A stretch of 64,000 bases of DNA from Acidimicrobiia bacterium (lineage in GTDB: Bacteria > Actinomycetota > Acidimicrobiia > Spongiisociales > ZC4RG35). Below are positions 36,424 through 44,477 of this stretch, piece after piece. Positions within the stretch are counted from its first letter, which is position 1. Each line of letters begins with the position of its first letter. Made by a program: the position numbers and the translations under genes. A model generated the notes under the pieces. The model saw only the letters and a program-made list of their open reading frames with translations. It was not told where the DNA came from and ran no database searches. The DNA lies in the NCBI GenBank assembly GCA_025937235.1, contig JAICRU010000001.1:7516-71515 (forward strand), given 5' to 3'.

Positions 36424-39400
36424 TCAGCTACAGCCCGTGGTGTCCCCGCAGGTGAGGCAGACATAGCACGAGCCGTTGCGGATGGTCATGTGGCCGCAGT
36501 TGGAGCACACCGGAGCGTCACCCATGTTCTCCCGCAGGGCCGAGTCGACCATGGCTGCCGACCCCGCCAGCACCGTGGCCTTCTCCTCGACCTGGATGGC
36601 AACGGCTTGGCCTGGATCGCTCGAGGGGGCATCCACGAATGCCGCAGCAACCCTCACCGCCTCCACGTCGGACTCGGCGGCGGCATCGGTGAGGTCGAGC
36701 TGGATGCCGGCGTCCACGGCCATGCCCGAGGGCGGCTCAGGGAGCTGCAGGTCGCGGTCCGGCGGCACCTGGGCGAGCTCGTCACGCTCCAGGTACTCCA
36801 CGCCGAGGGCCCGGAACACGTAGTCCACGATGGAGTTGGCCATCTTGATGTTGGGGTGGCCTTCCACCATGCCCCGTGGCTCGAAGGTCTGGAAGGTGAA
36901 AGTATCCACGAACTCCTCCAGCGGCACCCCGTATTGGAGACCCTTGGACACGGCGATGGCGAAGCAGGAGAGAATTCCCTTGAGGGTCGCCCCCTCCTTG
37001 GCCAGGTCGATGAAGATCTCACCAAGGGTCCCGTCGTCGTACTCGCCGGTACGGAGGAACACCTTGTGCCCGCCGATCCTCGCCTCCTGGTTGTACCCGT
37101 TGCGACGGGCGGGGAGCAGGAACCGCGGTGGTTTCATCCCCTGGTGGTAGGCCTGCGTCGGCGAGATCCCCGCGGGGAGGTTGCCCCAGTGGATCGCCTT
37201 CTCCGCCTCCAACGCGGCGGTGATCGCGGGCGCCTCGTCCTCATGGTCATCACCCTCGTCGGAGGTGGAATTGAGTGGCTGAGCCGCCTTCGACCCGTCC
37301 CGGTAGAGGGCCATCGCCTTGAGACCCCACTCCCACGACATCCGGTAGGACTCTTCGATGTCCTCCACCGTGATCTCATGGGGCATGTTGATCGTCTTGC
37401 TGATCGCCCCGGAGATGAATGGCTGCGCCGCCGCCATCATCTTGATGTGGCCGTAGTGGTGGATGAACCGCTCGCCGATCTTGCCGTTCTTGTTGGCCGT
37501 GTCGAAGACGGGGAGATGCTCATCCAAGAGGTGCGGGGCACCCTCGATGGTTTGCCGGCCGCAGATGTGATCGTTGGCCTCGTTGATCTCCTTCGAGGCG
37601 AACCCGAGCGCCTTGAGCAGGTTGAAGTCCCACCCGGTGTACTCGTCGACGCCAAAGCCGAGCCGTTGCAGGGTCTCCTCTCCGAAGGTGAACACGTTGA
37701 ATGCGTGCTTCAGCTCGAACACCGAGGGCAGCGTCTTGTCCAGCTTGGCCAGGTCTTCGTCGTCGAAGCCCTTGGCGGTGAGAGTCTCACGGTTGATGTG
37801 CGGCGCCCCGTCGATGGAGCTGGTGCCGACGATGTACTCGACGACATCCTTGATCTGGCTCTCGTCATAGCCCAGATTCCGCAACGCCGGGGCCACCGAC
37901 TGGTTGGCGATCTTGAAGTAGCCGCCACCGGCCAGCTTCTTGAACTTGACCAGGGCGAAGTCGGGCTCGACCCCGGTGGTGTCACAGTCCATCAAGAGGC
38001 CAATAGTTCCTGTTGGCGCGATCACACTGGATTGAGCGTTGCGATAGCCGTGCTGCTCACCCTGTTCGAGGGCGAGGTCCCACGATGTGCGGGCCGCGGC
38101 GAGGAAGTCGGCAGGGCACAGATCGGGATCGATAGCCATGACCTTGTGGCTGACCCCTTCGTAGTCGTTGTCGCCATAGGCGGCGCGGCGATGATTCCTG
38201 ATCACACGAAGCATCGCTTCTCGGTTCTCGGAGTAACGGGGGAAGGGCCCAACCACACCGGCCATCTCAGCCGAGGTGGCGTAGGAATATCCGGTGAGGA
38301 TGGCGGTCATCGCCCCACTGATGGCCCGGCCCTCGTCGGAGTCGTAGGCAATGCCTTGACGCATCAGCAGAGACCCGAGGTTGGCGTAGCCGAGACCGAG
38401 GGTCCGGTAGTCGTACGAGCCCTGGGCGATCTCCGGAGAGGGGAAATGAGCCATCGCCACCGAGATCTCCAACACGATGGTCCAGAGACGAACCGCGTGC
38501 TGGTACCCCGCGATGTCGAAGACACCGGTCTCGTCGTCGTAGAACCTGACAAGGTTGATCGAGGCCAGGTTGCACGCGGTGTCGTCGAGAAACATGTACT
38601 CACTGCAATTACTGGTAAGAATTCCCAGGGTGAGGTAGGAGTGGTTCTTGGGCTCGGTCAGGTTGTAGGTGGTTTCCCACCCGTCCTCACTTCGATCGTT
38701 GAGACGGACCCAGTGTCGAGTCCGGTACCTGGTCTTCTCGACAAGGACTTGGTGAAGGATGTCGTTCTTGATCGACAGCTCGAAACCGACAGACCCGAAG
38801 AGCCTTTCGACGTCCGACCCCATGATTCGCAAATCGTTGATCTCCGATCGGCCTCGGTAGCCCCGTGTCTCTCCGCCTTTGGTCGTGTATTCGAAAGTCG
38901 AGGCCTCGTGGCGCCGCGACGAGTAGATCGACGCGTGGATGCCGAAAGTGTCGAGTAGTTGCTGAACATCTCGGAGCAGCTCCTTCGAATCGCTGGCCAG
39001 CCCCACATACGTGGTCGTGTTGCCGTAGCGAACGCAACCGTCGGCGTCGTAGAGACCGCGGAGGAAGGCGGCGACGATCGGCTTGGGCGCCTCGAAGATC
39101 GACCACGGCACCCGCTTCTGGCCGGCCTTGGCCTGAGACACACCGAGCGCCTTCAGAAACCCGCTGAAGGCGGCTCGGCTGATGCGCAACTGGTAAGTGC
39201 CATTGCCCATGGCTACGGGCTTGGACGCAAAACCCCCGTTGATTTCTGCGAGCAACTCCCGATGCAGGATCATCGCGGTGTGCTGCTCTTCCTCCGAGCC
39301 GTACACGGTGACGACCGTGTCGTCGGTCATGCTGCCGTCGCCGACTAGCCAGCCCAAATAGTGGGCCATCTCCTCGGTCCACTTCTCGGGGAGTTTGACC

Positions 39401-40995
39401 TCATACCTGCGGCTCGACTTCCGCAGCATGTAACTGTCTGTGTTGGTCGACACCGGCATTGCCCACGAGGCCATGCCGAAATCGATCTCCTGGTCGAGAA
39501 GACGGATCTGGTCGGCCTCGCCGAGCTCGTCGGCGCGGACCCATCCCCGGTTTGCGGTCCAGAGCCGGTGGTTGGGAGTACAGCGAAGGACCCGACCGTC
39601 GGAGAACTCGAGACGGAGGATCTGGTTGGTGCCGGTGACCATGACCTGGCTGGGGGTGCTCAGGTCGATGGTCTCAGTGGGGTGGTCCGGGTTGGTGGCG
39701 TCATGCGTGTACACCTGGAACGACTCACCCTCGGCGACCCTCGTCACCAGCGACTTGAACGGGATCAGACCTCTATCCGTCGCCACTCGCATCTCGCCGG
39801 TGAAGCAGGGGTTGGAGCCGCGGATGCGTCCCCCCGCCGGGCTGGTGTGCCACTCGTTGACGGTGGTGTCGAACTGCAGACCCGGATCGGCGCAGGCCCA
39901 CGCCGCTTCGGCGATTTGGTTCCACAGGTCACGGGCTTTCACCGTCTTCCGTATGGAGCCGTCGGTGCGATTCTTCAACTCCCAGTCGTCGTCGTCGATG
40001 ACCGCCCTGATGAAGTCGTTGCTGACGCGTACCGAATTGTTCGAGTTCTGGCCGGACACGGTGGCGTAGGCATCGCCGTTGAAGTCGGAGGGCAGACCGC
40101 CATGGTTGATCAGGACCCGGGCTTTGTCCTCCTCGACCTTCTTCCAGTCGATGAACTTCTCGATGTCGGGATGGTCGACGTCGAGAATGACCATCTTGGC
40201 GGCCCGGCGGGTCGTGCCTCCGCTCTTAATCGCACCAGCGGCGCGGTCGCCGATCTTGAGAAAGGACATCACACCCGAGGACTTGCCGCCACCGGAGAGC
40301 CGCTCGTTCTCACCGCGGATATGGCTGAAGTTGGACCCGGCCCCGGAGCCGAATTTGAAGATGCGAGCCTCCCGGACCCAGAGATCCATGATGCCGCCCG
40401 GGTTCACCAGATCGTCCTTCACACCGAGGATGAAACAGGCGTGCGGGGCCGGCCGGCTGTAGGAGTCGGGGGAGGCCTCGAGCCGACCGTCGGTCCCGTC
40501 TACGAACCAGAAGCCCTGGGCGGGTCCGGTCAGCCCGTAGGCCCAGTTGAGGCCGGTGTTGAACCACTGCGGCGAGTTGGGGGCGGCCATCTGATTGGCG
40601 AGCATGTACTTGAGTTCGTCCTCGAAGGCATCGGCGTCGTCGGTCGTGGCGAAGTAACCCTCCTTCTCCCCCCAATGCCGCCAGGTGCCGGCCAGGCGGT
40701 CGAAGACCTGTCGTGCCGAGCGCTCCGGCCCGAGCACCGGCTCACCGTCATCACCCACCACCTGGTTGCCCTCGTCGTCGATCTGGGGCACACCGGCCTT
40801 GCGGAAGTACTTCGAGACCATGATGTCGGAGGCGACCTGCGACCACCCTGCAGGGATCTCGGCATCGGTCATCTCGAAGACGATGGACCCGTCGGGATTG
40901 TTGATCCGTGAGTCGCGTCGCGACCACTCGATCCGGTCGTACGCGTCCTTGCCGGCCTCGGTGAAGCGACGGGTGATCCGCAGGCCTTTGCTCAT
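36424..40995 (-). CDS. nrdJ: Adenosylcobalamin-dependent (class II) ribonucleotide reductase, intein-containing precursor
   Basis: Typical long NrdJ: ...ACFILGV..., ...GSGAGSNFSHIRGE..., SNP|C-SEYMFLDDTACNLASINL, ...ISKTINMP..., and a C-terminal Cys cluster CSNCGHMTIRNGSCYVCLTCG. Start at ATG 40995, 8 nt after GAGGAGG. 1523 aa including a 400-aa insert. Confidence 0.95.
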   Translation of the reverse strand: MSKGLRITRRFTEAGKDAYDRIEWSRRDSRINNPDGSIVFEMTDAEIPAGWSQVASDIMVSKYFRKAGVPQIDDEGNQVVGDDGEPVLGPERSARQVFDRLAGTWRHWGEKEGYFATTDDADAFEDELKYMLANQMAAPNSPQWFNTGLNWAYGLTGPAQGFWFVDGTDGRLEASPDSYSRPAPHACFILGVKDDLVNPGGIMDLWVREARIFKFGSGAGSNFSHIRGENERLSGGGKSSGVMSFLKIGDRAAGAIKSGGTTRRAAKMVILDVDHPDIEKFIDWKKVEEDKARVLINHGGLPSDFNGDAYATVSGQNSNNSVRVSNDFIRAVIDDDDWELKNRTDGSIRKTVKARDLWNQIAEAAWACADPGLQFDTTVNEWHTSPAGGRIRGSNPCFTGEMRVATDRGLIPFKSLVTRVAEGESFQVYTHDATNPDHPTETIDLSTPSQVMVTGTNQILRLEFSDGRVLRCTPNHRLWTANRGWVRADELGEADQIRLLDQEIDFGMASWAMPVSTNTDSYMLRKSSRRYEVKLPEKWTEEMAHYLGWLVGDGSMTDDTVVTVYGSEEEQHTAMILHRELLAEINGGFASKPVAMGNGTYQLRISRAAFSGFLKALGVSQAKAGQKRVPWSIFEAPKPIVAAFLRGLYDADGCVRYGNTTTYVGLASDSKELLRDVQQLLDTFGIHASIYSSRRHEASTFEYTTKGGETRGYRGRSEINDLRIMGSDVERLFGSVGFELSIKNDILHQVLVEKTRYRTRHWVRLNDRSEDGWETTYNLTEPKNHSYLTLGILTSNCSEYMFLDDTACNLASINLVRFYDDETGVFDIAGYQHAVRLWTIVLEISVAMAHFPSPEIAQGSYDYRTLGLGYANLGSLLMRQGIAYDSDEGRAISGAMTAILTGYSYATSAEMAGVVGPFPRYSENREAMLRVIRNHRRAAYGDNDYEGVSHKVMAIDPDLCPADFLAAARTSWDLALEQGEQHGYRNAQSSVIAPTGTIGLLMDCDTTGVEPDFALVKFKKLAGGGYFKIANQSVAPALRNLGYDESQIKDVVEYIVGTSSIDGAPHINRETLTAKGFDDEDLAKLDKTLPSVFELKHAFNVFTFGEETLQRLGFGVDEYTGWDFNLLKALGFASKEINEANDHICGRQTIEGAPHLLDEHLPVFDTANKNGKIGERFIHHYGHIKMMAAAQPFISGAISKTINMPHEITVEDIEESYRMSWEWGLKAMALYRDGSKAAQPLNSTSDEGDDHEDEAPAITAALEAEKAIHWGNLPAGISPTQAYHQGMKPPRFLLPARRNGYNQEARIGGHKVFLRTGEYDDGTLGEIFIDLAKEGATLKGILSCFAIAVSKGLQYGVPLEEFVDTFTFQTFEPRGMVEGHPNIKMANSIVDYVFRALGVEYLERDELAQVPPDRDLQLPEPPSGMAVDAGIQLDLTDAAAESDVEAVRVAAAFVDAPSSDPGQAVAIQVEEKATVLAGSAAMVDSALRENMGDAPVCSNCGHMTIRNGSCYVCLTCGDTTGCS
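38608..39807 (-). mobile_element. Intein (400 aa) with LAGLIDADG homing-endonuclease domain inside nrdJ
   Basis: The insert starts with Cys (CFTGEMRV) and has block B CTPNH and two dodecapeptide motifs, LGWLVGDGS and FLRGLYDADG. It ends ...GILTSN and is followed by Cys+1 of CSEY. Removal restores the conserved SNPCSEY. Confidence 0.9.
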
Positions 40996-41088
40996 GAAAC
41001 GTGCCTCCTCGCACTGGGGACGCCTCGCCGGGCAGATGGCGGGGCGGTGTCCAAACCCTCTCGGGTGTTCATCTGATTTGCCAACCGA

Positions 41089-41135
41089 CCACAAGATGTT
41101 GTGGTTGAAGGGGAAGCGACCACGACATCTGGTAT
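41089..41135 (-). promoter_or_regulatory. Tandem NrdR boxes upstream of nrdJ
   Basis: CCACAAGATGTTGTGG (41089..41104; 14 of 16 positions symmetric) and CCACGACATCTGGTAT (41120..41135). Centres are 31 bp apart, between the predicted -10 and the nrdJ start. Confidence 0.7.
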
Positions 41136-41145
41136 GGACTTCAAT

Positions 41146-41174
41146 ACTGTAATTACACATGTGTCACGGGTCAA
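41146..41174 (-). promoter_or_regulatory. Sigma70-like promoter for nrdJ
   Basis: Minus strand reads TTGACC (41174..41169), 17-nt spacer, TACAGT (41151..41146), in a locally AT-rich patch immediately upstream of the NrdR boxes. Confidence 0.55.
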
Positions 41175-41435
41175 GTGTTTCGTATTCCACGGGCCCCGAC
41201 CGGCTCAGAGCGCGAAAATCACCGCTGTCAGGGGAAGTGCGGTGTCCCGGCCACGCTCCGGGAAGCGGCCGCACCCTAGGGTCGGGCGGCGTCACCGAGA
41301 CGGGCGATCGGCTCCACACATTTCGCGGTCCAATCTCGGTCAGCTCCGAGACGTCGTCGCTGCGTGCGTCGCAGACGCTCATCCATCATCGGTTTCGGTG
41401 ACGTGCCCTAACGGGTAAAACGTTGATGGGACCCT

Positions 41436-42212
41436 ATGCAATTTGCCTCGTTCGACGTGTCCGCGCCGGATCCGGTGATCGCCACCGCGGTCCACAACGG
41501 CCATGAGCTGCGCCCGGAACTGGCCATGGTGTCCGCATTGGACGGGCACAGCCGCCTTCGTGAGGAAGACCCTCACACCGGGATTGTTGCTCATCGATTC
41601 GCCAACAATGTGGTGGTCCATCGTTCCCGATTCGAGATCGACCTCAACCGGGAGCGGGACCATGCGGTCTACCTCACTGCCGACGATGCCTGGGGGTTGG
41701 AGGTGTGGCGGAGGCCACTCGAAAAGGAGGAGATTGCCGGGTCCCTGCACCTGTACGACCGGTTCTACGCCGATCTGGCGGCAGCCCTCGACGGATTGGT
41801 TGCCGACAACGGTGGATTCGTCTTGTACGACATCCACTCCTACAACCACGTCCGTTCCGGGCCAGGCGGCGAGCCTGACCCGGCCGAGGAGAGCCCGATA
41901 GTCAACCTCGGCACCGGCTCGCTCCCGGAGCGATGGAAGGCCGTCGCCGACGCATTCGTGGAAAGCGCCCGGGAGTCGACCCTCGACGGGACCAGGCTCG
42001 ACGTCAGGGAGAATGTCCGCTTCGAAGGCCGGCAGGTGGCGGCCTGGGTCCACGGGAGATATGGCGACGTCGGCTGCGCACTCGCCATCGAGTTGAAGAA
42101 GGTCTTCATGGACGAATGGTCGGGTGAAGTCGACCTCCAGCGGCTGGAGAAGCTGGGGGCCGCCCTTCTCGACACCGCCGAACCGGTCCGGCGAGCCTGG
42201 AGGGGCTCGTGA
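41436..42212 (+). CDS. N-formylglutamate amidohydrolase (FGase) family protein
   Basis: 258 aa: ...TAVHNGHELRPE..., ...EEDPHTG..., ...HRSRFEIDLNRE... and ...YDIHSYNH... fit the FGase/HutG-like family pattern. Confidence 0.7.
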   Translation: MQFASFDVSAPDPVIATAVHNGHELRPELAMVSALDGHSRLREEDPHTGIVAHRFANNVVVHRSRFEIDLNRERDHAVYLTADDAWGLEVWRRPLEKEEIAGSLHLYDRFYADLAAALDGLVADNGGFVLYDIHSYNHVRSGPGGEPDPAEESPIVNLGTGSLPERWKAVADAFVESARESTLDGTRLDVRENVRFEGRQVAAWVHGRYGDVGCALAIELKKVFMDEWSGEVDLQRLEKLGAALLDTAEPVRRAWRGS

Positions 42213-43363
42213 GCGTCAGTGATGTCGATCTGGCCCTGGATCGCCGCCTCAGCGAGGTATCCGGCCTGCTTCCGATGCTCCAACTACTGACACCCATCAA
42301 TGTCACCGAGCAGAAGAAGGCCTTCTTCGAGCGAAAGGTCGCCGAGCCCGAGTTCGCCTATCGCGACCTCCCCGACCTCGCCCCCCTCGGAGATGAATTG
42401 GCGGCGATCAACCCCGAGGAAGCCACCGACCCGGTCCTGGTGCACATGATCAGGGGCATGCACCGTGAGCTGGAGCGGCGGATCGAGCTGCTCGCGGCCC
42501 GGAACACGGACCGGTTCCTCCTCGCCGCCGTCGAGAAATGGGGACATGTCGATCAGACCCTCATCGAACTGGCCGAACGGGTCCTCGAGGATGTCCCCCC
42601 CGGGCCCCCTGCCGACGAATATGTCCATGCCCACGAGCTGGCCGGCATGGCCACCATCGAGCTGGATCACTACCGAAAGGCCTTCCCGGAGCTGGCCACC
42701 CTGGTCCATGTGAGCGAGCTGGTCGCCGGGGTGATGGTGGAGAACGGAGATCTCTTCATAAGCACCGAGGCCTCCATCTCCGCGGATCGGGTCCCGCAGT
42801 TGCTCCACCATGAGATCGGGGTCCACGTCCTCACGTTCGTGAACGGCAGCGTCCAGCCGATCCGTATGCTCTCGCTCGGCCTGGACGGATACGAGGAGAC
42901 TCAGGAGGCGCTGGGAGTACTCGCCGAGTATCTCGGTGGTGGTCTTCGACCCAAGCGACTGAGGGCCTTCGCCCAGCGGGTGATGGCCGCCCAATCGGTG
43001 AGCCGCCGCGATAGCTTCGCCCAGACCTTCGAGCTCATGATGTCTCTCGGCGCCGGCCGAAACCGAGCTTTCAACACCACCATGCGGGCTCACCGATCTG
43101 GAGGCATGACCAAGGACGCCCTATATCTCGGCGGGACCACCCGGCTGCTCGCCTTCATCCGGGAGGGTGGCGACCTCGATTCTCTGCTCGTTGGGAAGAT
43201 CTCATTGGCCGACCAGCCTTTGGTCCTTGACCTCCTCGAACGCAATGTCCTCGTCGAGCCCCCGCTCCGTCCCCGCTTCCTCGACTCGGATCAGGCTTCC
43301 GAGCGGCTGGCGAGGATCGAAGATGGCGCCGACGTCCTCGAACTGGTAGGCATTGCGGCATGA
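42209..43363 (+). CDS. DUF1704 / MATCAP-like putative metallocarboxypeptidase ('QEGLA motif' family)
   Basis: HExxH zinc motif in LLHHEIGVHVLT and a QEGLA-like segment GYEETQEALGVLAEY. GTGA overlap with the FGase gene. Confidence 0.7.
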   Translation: MSVSDVDLALDRRLSEVSGLLPMLQLLTPINVTEQKKAFFERKVAEPEFAYRDLPDLAPLGDELAAINPEEATDPVLVHMIRGMHRELERRIELLAARNTDRFLLAAVEKWGHVDQTLIELAERVLEDVPPGPPADEYVHAHELAGMATIELDHYRKAFPELATLVHVSELVAGVMVENGDLFISTEASISADRVPQLLHHEIGVHVLTFVNGSVQPIRMLSLGLDGYEETQEALGVLAEYLGGGLRPKRLRAFAQRVMAAQSVSRRDSFAQTFELMMSLGAGRNRAFNTTMRAHRSGGMTKDALYLGGTTRLLAFIREGGDLDSLLVGKISLADQPLVLDLLERNVLVEPPLRPRFLDSDQASERLARIEDGADVLELVGIAA

Positions 43364-44406
43364 GACTGGGGCTGGTAGTGAACGATGTGGCGACGGAGAG
43401 GCCGGAGTACAGCACCACCCGTCTCGCCCTTGCCGCGCGGAAGCGGGGCCACGAAGTCTGGCTGATGGGGGTAGGGGACCTAGCCCACTCCGCTTTGGGT
43501 CAGGTCACGGCGCGGGCGAGGACAGCCCAGGACAAGACGTACCGATCGTTGAAGAACTTCTTGGAGGACGTCCAGAGCGAGGAGGTCGAGCCCGAGACCA
43601 TCGTGGTCGATGACCTCGACATCTTGATGCTGAGGAACGACCCATCGGACGACGCCATCGACCGGCCCTGGGCACAGACCTCGGGGGTCCTCTTCGGCCA
43701 GCTCGCCGCAGCGGCCGGTGTGCTCGTGGTGAACGACCCGAGTCACCTGGCCAACGCCATCAACAAGACGTACTTCCAGCACTTCCCCGAGGAGGCAAGG
43801 CCCCGAACTCTCATCTCCCGCACCGAGGACGACATCAAGAGCTTCGTCGCCGAGCTGGGTGGTCGGGCCGTGCTCAAGCCGCTGCAGGGATCGGGGGGCC
43901 AAGGAGTCTTCCTGGTCACGGGCAAGAAGGGCCAGAACCTGAACCAGATCATCGAGACGATCGCGCGGGACGGCTATGTGGTGGTTCAGGAGTTCCTACG
44001 TGATGCGGAGAAAGGGGACATCCGTCTCTTCGTGATGAACGGCCACCCGCTCGAGATAGACGGGAAGGTCGCCGCGTTCCGTCGAGTCAACGAAGCAGAC
44101 GACGTCCGCTCCAACATGCATGTGGGCGGCAAGGCCGAGAAGGTCAAGATCACCGACGAGATACTCCGTGTCGTGCACCTGGCACGGCCCAAGTTGATCG
44201 AGGACGGCATGTTCCTGGTGGGTCTCGACATCGTTGGGGACAAGATGATGGAGGCGAACGTGTTCAGCCCGGGCGGCCTCGGCAGCGCCGGCGCCATCCA
44301 CGAGGTCGACTTCGCCGGCGCCGTTATCGAGGCACTGGAGCGAAAGCTGGAGATCAGGGCCAGCTACGGCCCGTCCCTCTCCAACGCCGCCCTGGCCACG
44401 ATGTAG
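43360..44406 (+). CDS. ATP-grasp ligase, glutathione synthetase (GshB)/RimK-like
   Basis: ...ILMLRNDP..., ...VLKPLQGSGGQGVF..., ...VVVQEFL...GDIRLFVMNG..., ...RSNMHVGG... and ...LVGLDIVGDKMMEANVFSPGG... follow the prokaryotic GshB pattern. ATGA overlap with the upstream gene. Confidence 0.8.
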   Translation: MRLGLVVNDVATERPEYSTTRLALAARKRGHEVWLMGVGDLAHSALGQVTARARTAQDKTYRSLKNFLEDVQSEEVEPETIVVDDLDILMLRNDPSDDAIDRPWAQTSGVLFGQLAAAAGVLVVNDPSHLANAINKTYFQHFPEEARPRTLISRTEDDIKSFVAELGGRAVLKPLQGSGGQGVFLVTGKKGQNLNQIIETIARDGYVVVQEFLRDAEKGDIRLFVMNGHPLEIDGKVAAFRRVNEADDVRSNMHVGGKAEKVKITDEILRVVHLARPKLIEDGMFLVGLDIVGDKMMEANVFSPGGLGSAGAIHEVDFAGAVIEALERKLEIRASYGPSLSNAALATM

Positions 44407-44477
44407 GGGCGAGGCCCTCCGATCCCGACGAGCTCCCATCCCGGGCCGGTGTCTTTCGGCCCATAACCCAGTCGCCT

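Noticed and set aside
36424-38607. Checked for a second intein, because the extein-only NrdJ is still about 1123 aa.
   Set aside because: The remaining sequence reads as continuous NrdJ-like sequence, with no further Cys/Ser-start plus (H)N-Cys/Ser/Thr junction or endonuclease motifs. The length is consistent with the long NrdJ type carrying a C-terminal Cys-cluster domain.
36394-40911. Very long plus-strand ORFs (854 aa at 36394..38958; 516 aa at 39361..40911) opposite nrdJ.
   Set aside because: They are antisense shadows of a strongly supported gene in high-GC DNA. The products are low-complexity (Gly/Arg/Val/Asp-rich) with no recognisable motifs. The same reasoning applies to many other large ORFs in the track, such as 6800..8053(-), 14891..16003(+), 15913..17067(+), 20071..21090(-), 45646..46842(-) and 50842..52326(+).
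41190-41400. Possible cobalamin riboswitch next to the B12-dependent nrdJ (GGGGAAGTGCGGTG..CC context).
   Set aside because: I could not find a convincing B12 box or the expected order of conserved elements. The orientation would place it upstream of the FGase gene, not nrdJ. Kept only as a low-interest shared-motif finding.
44443-44462. Small hairpin GGGCCG-gtgtcttt-CGGCCC between the convergent ATP-grasp and STAND genes, considered as a terminator.
   Set aside because: It has only a 6-bp stem and no flanking T/A tracts. That is too weak to call, although it may contribute to termination.
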